This document shows, piece by piece, positions 37,405 through 50,754 of a stretch of 64,000 nucleotides of DNA. Every line of letters starts with the position of its first letter. The stretch's first letter is position 1. A model generated the notes under the pieces. That model searched no databases and was not told the origin of the DNA. It saw nothing but the letters and a program-made list of their open reading frames with translations. The stretch is from assembly GCF_004010195.1 (NCBI RefSeq), contig NC_057735.1, forward strand, positions 11,080,065 to 11,144,064, read 5' to 3'. Both the position numbers and the translations under genes were made by a program. Origin of the DNA: Chiloscyllium plagiosum. Taxonomy: Eukaryota.

Positions 37405-38344
37405 CTGAGGAGACAATATTTCAGAAATTTAACTGGAAAGAAATGTTTAATAAACACAGATGCATTTAAAGCAACTGCATTCCATCTGGTATATGATGAA
37501 GGTAATTATTCATATAAACTGTTATCAGAGCCTCAGGGTGTTCTAAATTCCCTGGGAATGATTGAAACAGTTGGGATATTTTCTTACCCCACTGGTCGAG
37601 CTTTGGGATAATCTTGAAATTGGGTTTGTGCTGCCCGCTGTGGGCTCTAACTCCACCGTGTGTGACATCATTGAAATGTTGCCCCCCCGGAGAGCAGCCT
37701 GAGTGACAGGCCTGGGTTGGAGTCGGCTGGGGATCAGTGTGAAGGAGGGCACAGGTGCTGAAGGGTCCTTACTCCGACCAGAGAAGGAGGCTTTCATCCA
37801 GGGAGGAGAGAGGGGGGGATGTGTGTGTGGACTCATGGTGGGATCAGGGGCTGAATTTTCAGGGCTCAAGGGGCTGATACAACAAGTGATCCAGGAAGAT
37901 TTGGAGAGGCCTCAAGTGGGAAAGGAAGAGAACTGAAGTTCAGCAAGGGATGGTTCATGAGGGGAGAGAGAGATCAATGTGCAGGATCTAGAGGGCAGTA
38001 AAGGCAGGATTAATTGTAATTACACATTGTTGTCATTGTATGGATAGTAAAATAGTTTACAGATTGTTCTGGATGAGAAGCTTCATGAGAAAATGTTTAC
38101 ATTGCTGCCACATTGTGTCCCGGTGTGGAAGAGGAGCAGCCTGTTGATGACTGGATCGACTTTACTTTAATAACTTTCAGAAAAGAGACGGGGAGCAAAA
38201 TACATGAACGTTTAAATGTGATGAAGGGGAGGAAAAAGAGACCTCATTGGAAGAAGGAAGCCTTAAAAAGAAAGGGGATTGCCAAACAGAGAGATGCACA
38301 ATTCAGGTTTCTGTCCATGAGGTATTCTGCATGAAATTGGTGGG

Positions 38345-38922
38345 TGATGCCATGGAGGATTACCAGGAGACGTGGTGAGTTCTTCAAGCAGATGATCTTT
38401 TATTTGCAAACAAAAGCCGTGACAACCAGAAAGTGAATTCATGATTGCCCCGCACCGCGGGGTCTGTTATTTTTTATACCTTTTAGTTATCATGCTTTCT
38501 TCGAGTTTATCAGCATGTCCAATTGTGTTGGTCAGGGCTATCTTTCTGCAGTTATGCAACAAACCAATGATGTTCGTTCATGTTATGTCTCTACTTCTGC
38601 CACTATGGTTTTTTTCTACTTCAAGCTTATTCTTACTTTACTATATTGTGATTAGATATTTACTATTACATCTGCTACAATGGTCTTCAGCCCTAGGTTG
38701 ACCCTATTACATCATGCGAACATTTACTTGTATGTCATGTGCTTTTATTAACCTGATTATGCTGCAGTTGGTACCTAACCTAATTATACTGCCGAACTAA
38801 CATAATGATACTGCCATTGTTCTATACCTGATTGATGGAGTATTCCACAGATCCTTGTAACATTCCACCAGTCCTCATGTTTAACCCTTCACATGCCTTT
38901 ATGCTCTTTATTTTCCATAGCG
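38345..38922 (-). mobile_element. Possible solo LTR in gene B intron 1
   Basis: ~580 bp absent from paralogous intron (~56880); begins TG, imperfect inverted ends, AATAAA on minus strand at ~38399-38404. Confidence 0.4.
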
Positions 38923-39740
38923 AAAGCAAAAAACATCTTGCAGGAACATTTCATGGATTTGAATTCAACGAGTTGTAGCCGAGAGTAATGCGATAATGGG
39001 AATTTTAATCTTAGGTGTTTCAAAGTTTCTTGATCCTAAATGGAGAGATTGTAATGATGAACAATAAGTTTATTGCAGTGTTATGTTGTAATGTGTAAAT
39101 CAAAGGGAGTGAAAGAGATTAAGCAACTTGATTCATGTTAGACTGGAAGGAAGAAGGATTTTTTCTGTGAAGAGAAATATAAACCAACCATCTACTTTTG
39201 TGACTGAGCCTCACAAAACAATATTTAATGAGCTGCACTTCAAAAAGAAAAGAAATAAAAGCAAATTCAAGATGGTGTTTTTTTAGAATTTGTTACCACT
39301 CCAGTTTTCATTATGTACTGAACATGTAAAACTTTGGGCAAATTAAAATGATTATGCTGCTTTTTTCACTTTAAAGAAATATTTTTTGGTCCTTTTTTTA
39401 TTTCACTCATAATTAATAATGCCACTCTAAAGTAATTGAGAACTATGTCGTATGGGATTATAATATGTTCAAGAGAAGATATGGCATTTTGTGATGTTGT
39501 TCAGGTATTTTTATATTTGTTCCTTTAAACCTCAACGACTTCCATATTTAGAGACACGTGAGGCAGACAAAGTACATGCTGTGTCTGTTTTCTGCAGCTT
39601 GTCACTTGCCTGAAGCCAGTTGCTGTAATGTGAGGGGTGTCACTCTGCATTGGACAAGGCTGATCTGGAATCTTACCCAGTCCTGCTCCCTATCATGGAC
39701 ATTTTGGAAGGATTTGCAGATTGATCATGAACCTTATTTC

Positions 39741-39950
39741 AGGAGGTGCCAGTGTTGGACTGAGTTGGATAACGTTAAAAATAATGCAGCAGCAGGTTAT
39801 AGTCCAAAAGGTTTCATTAGAATTACTAGCTTTTGGAGCACTGTTCCTTCATCAGGTAGCTATCTAACAAAGGAGCAGTGCTCCTAAAGCTAGTCCTTCC
39901 AAATAAACATGCTGGATTATAACCTGGTGTTGTGTGATCTCTAACTTTGA
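39741..39950. mobile_element. PLE family-2 palindromic mini-insertion
   Basis: ggttatagtcc..ctagcttttggagcactgttccttcatcaggt / aaggagcagtgctcctaaagctag..ttataacctggtgttgtgtgat; absent at paralog ~57845. Confidence 0.7.
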
Positions 39951-40177
39951 AACTGTTGGGCTTTGTCGGAATACACATTCCTTTGTAAAATGTGCTGGAG
40001 TGTGAATTGAACTCTGAGCATTTGTCACAACAATAACAATGTTACCCACTGTGTCACACAATCTTCCTTTGGCCCTTTACATACTTCCAGATATTTAAAC
40101 AACTTAACTGTAAACACCAGACCATAAACTTTATCAAACATTGATTATCTGAATATATAACTCATATGGTCATTCAC

Positions 40178-40217
40178 CAGGAATGGAACAGATGAGGAGA
40201 ATCAAAGTCCACATCAT
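40178..40217 (-). CDS. Gene B leader exon MMWTLILLICSIP (intact, phase 1)
   Basis: ATG ATG TGG ACT TTG ATT CTC CTC ATC TGT TCC ATT CCT G|gtgaat. Confidence 0.85.
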
Positions 40218-41724
40218 TTTATTCACAAAGACCAGTTCAAGTCTTGATGTCAGTCTCTCAGCTCTTGTTTCTCACATTGTGATAAGTGTGTAATGCAATG
40301 TCTACAAGAAGTTACACACGGAAGAGGATAAAGGAAGCCAGCTACTGAAACCACAGTGAGCCAGAGGTTGAAATTTTATCCTGGACATTTTTTTTTCCTG
40401 TCAGTTATGTTTAACAGAAGAACTAAATTATTTTTCATTGAAAGAATAGAAAATTCTGAAATCAAGACAGTTAAAGGATTCGGTGGTGAAGATCAGGTTG
40501 ACCCAAGCTCAGTAGTTATAGTGAAATCTCAGCTGAATGACAAATGGTTCGTTCTCTCATGTTAGAACATTTCAACAAACAGTGTTTGACAAATATGGAT
40601 TTGTTTTGCAAAAAATAATCATGGAGCTAAAATAGAATTTTTTAGAATATTTTGTTTGTTTGCAGAATCTGCCTCCTGTTCATGCTGAATAATTCTTCTG
40701 TCAGCATCTGAACTCTGGGGTGTACAGGAGAAGGACACCCTCTGCTCCATTTCCACAAGATCCAAGTAAACAAGCAATGGGGCCAATTTCAGGCAGAAAA
40801 ACAAACTCAACAACGGAGAGAAAATTCAGGGGGAAGTGAGCTGTGATGGAGTGACTGGGAGTGAGCTTCAGCCCCTGAATGACATGGACACTGTAGAATC
40901 AGTTGGAAAAATAGGACCAGATTGAAAAATTAGATTCTGTGATGAAATAGTGAAGACAGCAGTTATTAACAAAGTGAAGAATATCTGATCTAATTGTCAG
41001 GGATCCTGTAAAGTGACTTGCTCAGTGTCAAAGCCATACCCTGGTAGACGGTCACTCAGCAGTTTTTAAAAGGCTGTTCTTCTGAGACAAATAATTGCAG
41101 GACCTGCAGCTGCCACAAATCCCCTCCCCCATTCGGATGGATGTCTCATTTGCTCTGGAATGGTGCAGTGATCCACCCACAACATGGACATGAGTCTGTC
41201 CCAGGAGATTTCCTTCCCAGAGATTGTGATCAAAGGGGTGGGTCTGAAAACTCTCAGTACAGCCATGAATGACCCAGAGTGCGCCAACCACAATATCCTG
41301 TTGATTAACACTGACGTGGGCTCTAAGAAGACTGTCCCCACACTGCCTTTCCAGAAAGCCTCTCCACTGAACATTTCTATCAGTGGCTGTGCAAACATGG
41401 CTGCAGACATATTCAGATGACATATGACATCCTGCTCAGGACATCTGTCCACTGCTTGTTCAATCCACATCCAACAATGTCCTTCAAATGGACCAGGGCC
41501 CACAACATTAGCCTTCAGTAAGTCCTGTCCCAGGGCAGCTCTCTCTCCAATTTGCAGACAAAAGTAACTAACACTGAGTCTCATTGTACCTCCAGGGCTA
41601 TCTATCACACATCCCCCTTGATAATATTCACACTTTTGTCTTCCAGTGTCAAATGACAATGAACATCAAACCATGCAACAAGTGTGGAAGCTTGTTTTTT
41701 ACACCTCAACTTCTCAAAAGAGGA

Positions 41725-42207
41725 CAGCACATTGGTTCAGTGGTTAACACTGCTGCCTCACAGCCCCAGTGACCTGGGTTCAGTTAAAACCTTGGGTGAC
41801 TGCGTGCAGTTTGCACGTTCTTCCTGTGTCTGTGTGTGTTTCCTCCAGGTGCTTCAGTTTCCTCTCACTGTCTAAATATCTTTTGCTGTAAATTCTGTAT
41901 CCTATGATCCTACTCCTCTATGTACCTGACAAAGGAGCAGCACTCCGAAAGCGTGCACTTCCAGATTAAACTGTTGGACTGTAACCTGATGTTGTGTGAT
42001 TTTTAACTTTAAATATGTGCAGGTTCGGTTGGGTGGTCGTGCTAAATTGCCCATTGTGTTCAGGGATGTACAGGCTCAGTGGGTCAGCCATGGGAAATGT
42101 GTGGCTATGGGAACAGAGTGGGGTTCTGGGTCTAGTGGGATGTTCTTCAGCTGGCTGGTGCAGACTAGATGGGCCAAATGGCTTCTTTCTGCACTGTAGG
42201 GATTCTA
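41725..42207 (+). mobile_element. HE1-type SINE with a PLE family-2 fragment nested at ~41875-42012
   Basis: cagtggttaacactgctgcctcacag...; nested cctgacaaaggagcagcactccgaaagc. Confidence 0.7.
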
Positions 42208-43897
42208 TAATTCTCAGTTACATTCCTCATTGACCAGGAACCTGTTTAATGGAATGAGCCCAAACTGAATGTGTGTTCATTTACAATGAGCCATTCACAT
42301 GCAGCATGCTGCAGACAGAAACATTTTTAGAAATAAAGTAGTTTTGGGAGGAAAACTATTTTACCAGATTTAAATTTTCATTGGATAAAATTTTTAAATG
42401 ATTCAGTTCTATTGAAGTTAATTTGGATTGCGATGTTTGGGATAAAAGTTCAAATTGTTTCAGAATGATAGGTGGATTTGCAGCTTTCTAAAAGCAGTGA
42501 GCTGAGAAGGACATTTATTTGTTTCAACGCCTTGCCTTGTTTGTGTGTTTGTGAATATGGCAAGTTACACTAATATAGCACCTTCAACGATGTAAAGCTG
42601 GAGCAGAGATATAGGTGAGTGTAAGTTGATGTATGATGGTAGATTCAAGGCCAGCTGGAATGATGTTGGAATAGTTCAGTGTGGAGCTTACAACATCGTG
42701 GATGAGAGCTCTGTTGGACAGGGAGATGGAGGAGTCCGTGGCTAAGGAAAGGTGATTGCAGCGGGATAAAGACAATGGCTTCAATCTTCAGAATTGTCAG
42801 CTGTAATTTTATTGAAGCTGTGAAATTGCAGAGGAGAAAGTGAGGTCTGCAGATGCTGGAGATCAAAGTTGAAACTTTATTGCTGGAACAGCACAGCAGG
42901 TCAGGCAGCATCCAGGGAACAGGAGATTCGACGTTTCGGGCACAGGCCCTTCTTCAGGAATGAGCAGAGAGTGTTCAGCAGGAGAAGATGGAAAATGAAG
43001 TGTTGTTCTTTGAACTTGCGTTAAGGAACACTGCAACAGATCTGGGACAGAAATGTTGGTGTAGGAACACAGTGGTGTGTTGAAGTGGAGGCAGTGGGAA
43101 ACTCTGGGTCATGTTTTACAGACAGAGTGTAGGTGTTCAGCAAAGCGGTCATCAAATCTGTGTTTCATCTCCCCCGATATACAGGAGACCACATTCTGAG
43201 CAGTGAATGAAATAAATGAGTTGAGAGAAGTGCAGGTAAGCTGCTGCTTCACCTGGAAGGTGTTAATTCTCAGTTACATTCCTCATTGACCAGGAACCTG
43301 TTTGAGGTTTTAATGGAATGGGCCCAAACTGAATATGTGTTCATTTACAATGAACCATTCACACACAGCTTGCTGCAGACAGAAACATTTTTAGAAATAA
43401 AGCAATTTTGGGAGGAAAACTATTTTACCAGATTTAAATTTTCATTGGATAAAATTTTAAAATGATTCAGTTCTATTGAAGTTAATTTGGATTGCGATGT
43501 TTGGGATAAAAGTTCAAATTGTTTTAGAATGATAGGTGGATTTGCAGCTTTCTAAAAGCAGTGAGCTGAGAAGCACGTTTATTTGTTTCAACGCCTTGCC
43601 TTGTTTATGTGTTTGCGAATATGGCAAGTTACACTAATATAGCACCTTCAAAGATGTAAAGCTGGAGCAGAGATATAGATGAGTGTAAGTTGATGCATGG
43701 TGGAAGATTCAAGGCCAGCTGGAATGATGTTGGAATAGTTCAGTGTGGAGCTCACAACATCATGGATGAGAGCTCTGTTGGACAGGGAGATGGAGGAGTC
43801 CATGGCTAAGGAAAGGTGATTGCAGCGGGATAAAGACAATGGCTTCAATCTTCAGAATTGTCAGCTGTAATTTTATTGAAGCTGTGAAATTGCAGAG
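42208..43897. repeat. ~625-bp direct duplication (42208-42833 / 43264-43897) flanking PLE fragments
   Basis: Direct reading; spacer holds family-1 terminus with intact hammerhead (42926-42961, minus) and a GIY-YIG fragment. Confidence 0.85.
42970..43262 (-). mobile_element. Penelope-like GIY-YIG endonuclease fragment (frameshifted)
   Basis: rc: FQVKQQLTCTS..IYFIHCSECGLLYIG..KHRFDDRFAEHLHSV. Confidence 0.75.
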
Positions 43898-44136
43898 ACA
43901 AGCACAATCACAGCAGGTAGGTCAGAGGCAGTCCTTAAACTGGATCAATGGGGATGGAGGCATCAACCATCACTATCAATCCCGAGCCGTATGTCTAGCT
44001 GTCTCCTTGGAGAGGTGAACAACTGTCATTTAGACTCAGGCTCAGCACTCAGTGTCTGCTGGATATGAGCCACTGGCAAGAAGATTCAGGATGTGGAGCG
44101 CTGCTGTTGGACCTGGGTGGACAAAGTTGGAAACCA

Positions 44137-44228
44137 TTCCTCAAGAAGGACTCATGCCCGAAACGTCGATTCTCCTGCTCCTTGGATGCTGCCTGACCTG
44201 CTGCGCTTTTCCAGCAATACATTTTCAG
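44137..44228 (+). mobile_element. PLE family-1 92-bp insertion nested in a family-2 element
   Basis: TSD caaagttggaaacca 44122-44136 / 44229-44243; empty paralog site ~27787. Confidence 0.8.
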
Positions 44229-47182
44229 CAAAGTTGGAAACCACACAACACCAGGTTATAGTCCAACAGGTTTATTTGAAAATACAAGCTTTTGGAACAC
44301 TGCTCCTTTGCCAGGTAGCCGGTGGGGCAGGATACATGGGACACAGGATTTATAATGTATTAGAAAATCCTAGATAGCAGTTAAGTCTTTAATCACATCG
44401 AATGGAGATGCAGGTTTCAATTGATTAATATTTAAATCCCAGAATCTCTTTCAAGTCCCTGCCCCAATACATCTTAAGGTTTTATCAGAAAATAACAAAA
44501 AAAGTGACATCTCATCCAGAAAATGTGTTAGAGATATGAGGTTACAGTCTGTCTGTGTTCCAACCTGGAGTCAGATTAGTTTTATTTCAAAGTAGGAATT
44601 TATAAAATGTAACATTGACTGACTGCCTCCAGATTGAGTGCTTTTTGAACAAAATACAATATATCTGCCAATACAAATCTGCAAACGCAAATTCACTCCA
44701 TCGATTTATGTTTGTGTGCACGCACGCACGCGCGTATGTGTGTATGTGTGTGTACCTGTGTGAAAGAGTGACGGGAGGGTTGATAGCGAAAGATGAGCGA
44801 CTCTCCAACCACACGGCATCAATTATCACTTCACCAGTTTCCTCATCTCTGCTTCCTCCACCTCATCCCAGATCAAATCCTCCAACCCGGCACTGCCCTT
44901 TTGAACTGTCCTACTTGTCCATCTTCCTTCCCACCTATCTGCTCCACCCTCCCCGCCATCCTATCACCATCACCACCCACCTGCATCTACCTATCACCTT
45001 CTGAACTACCCTCCCTCAGCTCCAGCCCCAGCCCCACGCTTCTATTTATCTCTCAACACACCTCTGCCCTGCCCCTTCATTCCTGATGAAAGGCTTCTGC
45101 CTAAAACTTCAACTCTCCTGCTCCTCAGATGCTGCCTAACCTGTTGTGCTTTTCCAGCACCACACTTTACAAGTCTGATTTCCAGCATCTGCAGTCTTCA
45201 CTTTCTCCTGGAGCTGAAAGAGCACTTGAAGCTTGAATGAGCACTTAAGGGTCTCAGTTAGTGGTAGGCTGGTGTTTTAAGATTAGATTAGATTCTCTGG
45301 TGTTGTTGAAGCTTGGACTTTCCTGCCAAGATCCAAATTTAATCAAGGATGGAGAAGAGGCTGGATTAGCTGCCCCACCATCCGAGCTAATAAAGCTTAC
45401 TTGCCAACTCCAGAGAAGATTGTGCCCAGAGGTTTCAGAGCACTGCCCCATCATCAGGTGACTTCACCTGAAGGACCAACGCTCAGAAAGCTTGTGATCT
45501 CAATAAACCTGATGCACTATAACCTGGAGTCGTGTGACTTCTGACTTTGTCCACCCCAGTCCAACACTGGCACCTCGACATCATGGCCCATAGGTTTGGG
45601 AGTGGAGCCTCTTACCTCAGCTACGATTCTGATGGGGAGAGTGTAGAGTTAATAAAATCCCACGGCTCCACAAGCAGAACCAAAGGTATCAATATTTCAT
45701 ATAGTCACTAAAATGGTTCAGTTTTTTCTATTTTTTACAGTTATTATAAACAAAAGAGATGTTCCTTTCATTTCTTTGATGTATTCCAAAAATAATTTGT
45801 TTATTAAAACAACCCATTTTTAAATCAATTGGCAGAACAGTGAGCAACCAAACTACATCCTCTTAATCTCAAACACAGATTCACACACAGAGAGGGGAAG
45901 ACCACACAGCTCTGCAAAGGGTTTGTGGGTGGGATAAATTCAGACAACAGGATAAGGCAGAGGATTTCTCTTCAAGTTAGTTCAGACATTTAGGCCAGAA
46001 ACACAATCTCTTTTAAAAGCTTCAGGTTGCCTACTTCCCAAAATTATTTGTTGTTCCAGTACATGGCAAAAAAAACACTTTGCTTTGACCTTTGACACTT
46101 TTCCAGCAATCACATGTTAAATACCTCTTCAACCCAATAATGTCCAACCAATTCCATTTCCCAATTGTTGTAATCCAGAAACACTGTGGAATACCAGCTT
46201 TAATGTTGCTGTGATGCCAAGGGTGTAGGCTGACTATATCAGACAACACTGCAGGCCAGCAGTGAGCCAATCATGTTAACGAGCCCATACTGTAATCCCA
46301 GGGTGACATATCCAACATTAGACATGATGCTGCTGTTGAACAATATTGAACAATCCCACCTGTGCACAGAAACACACCAGAAACCAGTTTCAGATTATCT
46401 ACTGGGCTTGCAGTATGATTCATTTGTGCAGGCTAGAAATTACATATATTACTACTGAGGGCTCTGTTCTTTCCAGGAAAATGAATATGTCCGTACATCT
46501 CACCTCTTTAATTGAGGAGAGAATCATGCACTTTGCTAATCATTGCAGCCTGAACCAATCAGAGCTTACTTGGCTGGTCTGAGTTTAATCAGTTAAGCTT
46601 GCTGGTTAACAGTTCCTGCTGCATCTCCATGCCAACCATTATCCAAACAATTTGCACTCCCTTCTCATGCTGTTTATATTGATATTTCCTTTTGAAGTTT
46701 AGTTTCTTGTGGCTTAGTCCTGATGAGAATGGAACAACACCCTTAACTTTTGCATCTCTTTTTAACAATGTGCAAGTTCTGTATCACACAATCATTAGGG
46801 TCCCATAGTGCCATGCTAGCACGTCAAGTTTGATTTTTGAACTTAGCTCTGGGAATGAGGCTCCAACCTGGAATCTGTGACTCAGAGGTTAGAGTGAGGG
46901 GAACCAGGAAGATGGGGACTGATTGGGTTGACAAACACCTTGATATTTGGAAAACTGTTCTTGCTATTTTTATGCAAATGATCCGGACTTGGGAATTAAA
47001 GGTAAATTGATTCCATTTGCTGAGGAAACCAAACTGGAAAGAGCATGGAATTGTTGGGAACAAATCCTAAGGAGTTGGACAAAGTAAATGTGTGGGCAGC
47101 TTACAACAGGCAAAATTAAATACAACTGCATTGTAAAGTAAGAAGGAAAAATGAACAGTATTAATATCTCATCATGGTTTTC

Positions 47183-47494
47183 CTAAAAAGCAATATCAGC
47201 ATAAAAGTCCCTTCCAGATTCCTGAGGGGTGTTGTGTATTGGGGCTTTTTTATTCCCCTTTGGTGGTTGGTTTGGAAAGCTGAGCTCACTGTAGGTGACA
47301 CTGTCTGAGTTGTCACCTGCGTGCATTGCCAGCCCACCTCTCAGTGATGAAGATTTCTTTTGAAATGCCAACACTGCAGATATGATTTCATCATTAATCA
47401 AGTTGCTTCCTCTCTCTCTCTGTCTTTCTGCTGTGTTCCCTTGAATGTGGTTTATGTTTGCATATACCAAGTTCTCTTCCATTGATGCTAACCC
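47183..47494 (-). CDS. Gene A terminal exon with ITIMs (LVYANI, VTYSEL, DFYADI)
   Basis: ORF 47183-47482 plus acceptor ttttag|GGG TTA GCA; open. Confidence 0.85.
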   Translation of the reverse strand, partial: GLASMEENLVYANINHIQGNTAERQRERGSNLINDEIISAVLAFQKKSSSLRGGLAMHAGDNSDSVTYSELSFPNQPPKGNKKAPIHNTPQESGRDFYADIAF

Positions 47495-47879
47495 CTAAAA
47501 TTGAAAAAAAATGTATTTTTCATTCACTCAAAGGTGATTTGTTTTATTATGATGAAAGAGCAATTTCTTGATTATTATTAATCAATATACAGTGATAGAA
47601 GATATTATAAATTATTTCCAGTGTAGAATAGGCAATGCAACCCACAGCTATGTCATCAACATATCTTGCTATTCATTTCACCCTCATGTGCTTACCAGCT
47701 GCCCCTCTGAATGGATTAGACTATTTGCCTAATGGACTCCTCATGGCAGTAAGCTCCACATTCTGACTCTCTTCAGATAAGATTTCTTCTGAATTCTCTG
47801 CTTCTTCATTCCTAGGGAGGGGTTCTGTCAAGTTGCATTGTGAACTTTAAGAGTGAATTTGATCAGCATGTGAAGAAAG

Positions 47880-49289
47880 ATAAAAATCACACAACACCAG
47901 GTTATAGTCCAACAGGTTTATTTGGAAGCACTAGCTTTCGGAGCGCTGCTCCTTCCTCAGGTGGTTGTGAAGCAGGACCATAAGACACAGAATTTGTAGC
48001 AAAAGGTGACAGTGTCATGCAACTGAAATGATATATTGAACAAACCTAGATTACAGTGGAACCTCAATTATCCGAATGAGATGGGCGGACAGTATTTTGT
48101 TTGGATAATTGATTATTCAGAGAATCAATTTGATCTTAAACAAGGGAAGCCATACTGATCTAACACTGTGCTCTACTGGAGAATTTGTTTCAATCTATAA
48201 TTTTGACGAGTTGCTATTTAAACAAACTAATCTTTGCATTCTGCAATTTGCAGGTTAAAGTGAGAACAACTAAACCCTTATCATCACATAAATATATGAA
48301 ATCCCAGCATTAAATAAGGTCCCGAACAGCTTCTCCAATCATAAATGCATTTGTCAGTGTCCTCGGAACTCAGTGTCGTGATAGAAAGACAGAATCTCTG
48401 CTTCACTCATGCGTTTACTTTCTCCATCATTTTTCTCACGATCAGCCTGGCAAAGTGATGGGAATAAAGCACTTACTTTTGCAAAGGGCTGTGTAACTAA
48501 CCCTGAGGTAAATAAAAAACAGTCGCTGTTAGTTGAGGTGCTTGTGTTTCTTTGTTTTTGCCAACATTTTCTCATGTTCTTTTGTACAGGAAATCTGAAT
48601 ACACTTACCTGTAATGTTTTTAAAGGACCTTGAGATCTTGTTTGGATAATCCGAAATTTGGATAATTGATATCCGGATAATCGAGGTTCTAATGTATTGT
48701 AATGCCTTTCATCTTTCAGAATGGGTTGCAGGTTTCATTAATATGTAAAGCCCAGAATTTCTTTGAAATCATTCTCAAGATAACTTAAGGTTTTATGAAA
48801 AAAGGTAACATCTCAGCTCAGACAATGCATTAAATGTATGAGCTTAGAGTCTGTCTGTATCCCAGTCTTGAGTCAGACTGGTTCTATTTCCAAAGTAAAA
48901 TTTACAAAATATTACATGGATTAGCTGCCTGCATTGACTGCCTGCAGATTGTACATTTTTTTGAGCAAAATAGAACCTTAAGTTATCTTCAGAATGTGAC
49001 TTAAAAGAAGTTCTGGGATTTACATACTAATGTACTGAAATCTGCAACCCATTCTAAAAGAAGAAAAACTTAACAACAATCTAGGTTTGTTCAATATATC
49101 ATTTCAGCTGCATGACTCTGTAATTATTTGTTATAAATTATTTGTCTTATGGTCCTGCTTCACAACCGTCTGATAAATGAGCAGCACTTTGAAAGTTAGT
49201 GCCTCCAAATAAACCTGTTGGACTATAACCTGGTGTCATGTGATTTTTAACTTTGTTCAGCCCAGCCCAACACCGGCATCTCCACACCT
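47880..49289. mobile_element. PLE family-2 inverted-repeat insertion with intact hammerhead (47929-47963, minus)
   Basis: TSD tgtgaagaaag 47869-47879 / 49290-49300; empty site ~23121-23131; rc cac CTGAGGA a GGAGC agc GCTCC GAAAGCTA gtg. Confidence 0.85.
48054..48694. mobile_element. Tigger/pogo-like MITE nested in the PLE
   Basis: ta|cagtggaacctcaattatccg ... cggataatcgaggttctaatg|ta; TIRs and TA duplication. Confidence 0.8.
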
Positions 49290-49997
49290 TGTGAAGAAAG
49301 CAGGAGTTGGAAGCTGGAATTGGAAAGGTCAGATGAAGAGGCTTGGGAGAGTCTTGTGTGGGGCATAAGAGCCAGCATGCAATAGATGGACAAAATAACT
49401 AATTTCTGTGCTGTGAATCCTATGTTCCGCAAATTTCTAAACAATATTCAGCAAGTTAATATTTATTATCCTTACCTGGTCATCATTAACACTCTTAACT
49501 CTCTGATTACACATGATGTAGAATGTACCTGAAACATTACATTGCAATTGTTCAATCAACTTTAACAGGAATACTAAATGTTTAAAATCTTCAAACTGAA
49601 CATGTATTGAAGTGTACATAATCATATACTGAACTACATCACCATCACATCCATTATTCCCATCATGAGTCTGAGGTGTGGAAGGAGTCTTAGGAAGATA
49701 TAGTTTGGAACTTATGAAGGAAATATGGGGTTAGATGAATCAGAAATTAGACCACACATTTATTCATCAAACTTTTACAGAATAATGATTTTATCAGAAA
49801 TCTCTCATTCTTGTAGCACAGAGGTAGTGTTCCCACTCCCTAAACCAGCAACCCAGGTTCATGTCCTACCTGCTCCAGAGATGTTTAATAATCTCGTTGA
49901 TTATGAAAGTATCCATGAAGTCATGGGGAAGGGCACAAAGTTAATATGATGCAGGAACATAATAGTAGAGGAAGGAGAATAAGCATTATTTCTTCAG

Positions 49998-50522
49998 AGG
50001 GCGTAACGGTGGCTCAGTGGTTAGCACTGCTGTCTCATAGCACCAGGGACCTGATTCAATTCCAGCTTCAGGTGAATGTCTGTGTGGAGTTTGCACATTC
50101 TTCCCGTGTCTATATGGGTTTCCTACGAGTGCTCCAGTTTCCTCTCAAAGTCCAAAGATGTGCAGGTCAGGTGAAATTGGCCATGATAATTTGTCCATAG
50201 TGTAGGGGAATGGGTCTGGGTGGGTTACTCTTTGGAGGGTCAGTGTGGACTTCTTGGGCCGAAAGGCCTGTTTCCGTATTGTCGGTAATCTAATCTGATA
50301 TAATTTTCCTCCAGGTGCTCCGGTTTCTCTCCACAGTCCAAAGATGTGCAGGTCATGTGAATTGGCCATGCTAAATTGCCCGTAGTGTTCAGGGGTGTGT
50401 AGGTTAGATGCACTGGTCAGGGATAAATGTAGGATAATGGGTCAGGGTGGGTTACTCTTCAGAGCGTCGGTGTCGACTTATTGGGCTGAATGGCCTGTTG
50501 CCACACTGTACAGATTCTATGA
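49998..50522 (+). mobile_element. HE1-type SINE followed by a partial second copy
   Basis: ggtggctcagtggttagcactgctgtctcatagcaccagggacc...; repeated gtccaaagatgtgcaggtca. Confidence 0.8.
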
Positions 50523-50754
50523 TAAATGAATGGTCCCAGGTTTGAGGAATTGCCAAGTGGAACATTCAGTTTTCAGGGCAATCCCTTCAGCGTCTGCTAG
50601 GATGGAGATTCTGTAGAGTTCCCACATGCAGCTCCTGACTGTACTGGAATATCAGATGTCTAGCCATTAGAAGATCCAACCCTGATATTCTCTTTATTTT
50701 CAACTATAAGCTGTTGAGATGCAATGGAATAATTGAAGAGAAATAAAAACTCAC

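Noticed and set aside
37520-37930. GC-richer ORF-bearing intronic block shared with ~55990-56370
   Set aside because: Frames not conserved between copies; probably an old retroelement fragment I cannot classify
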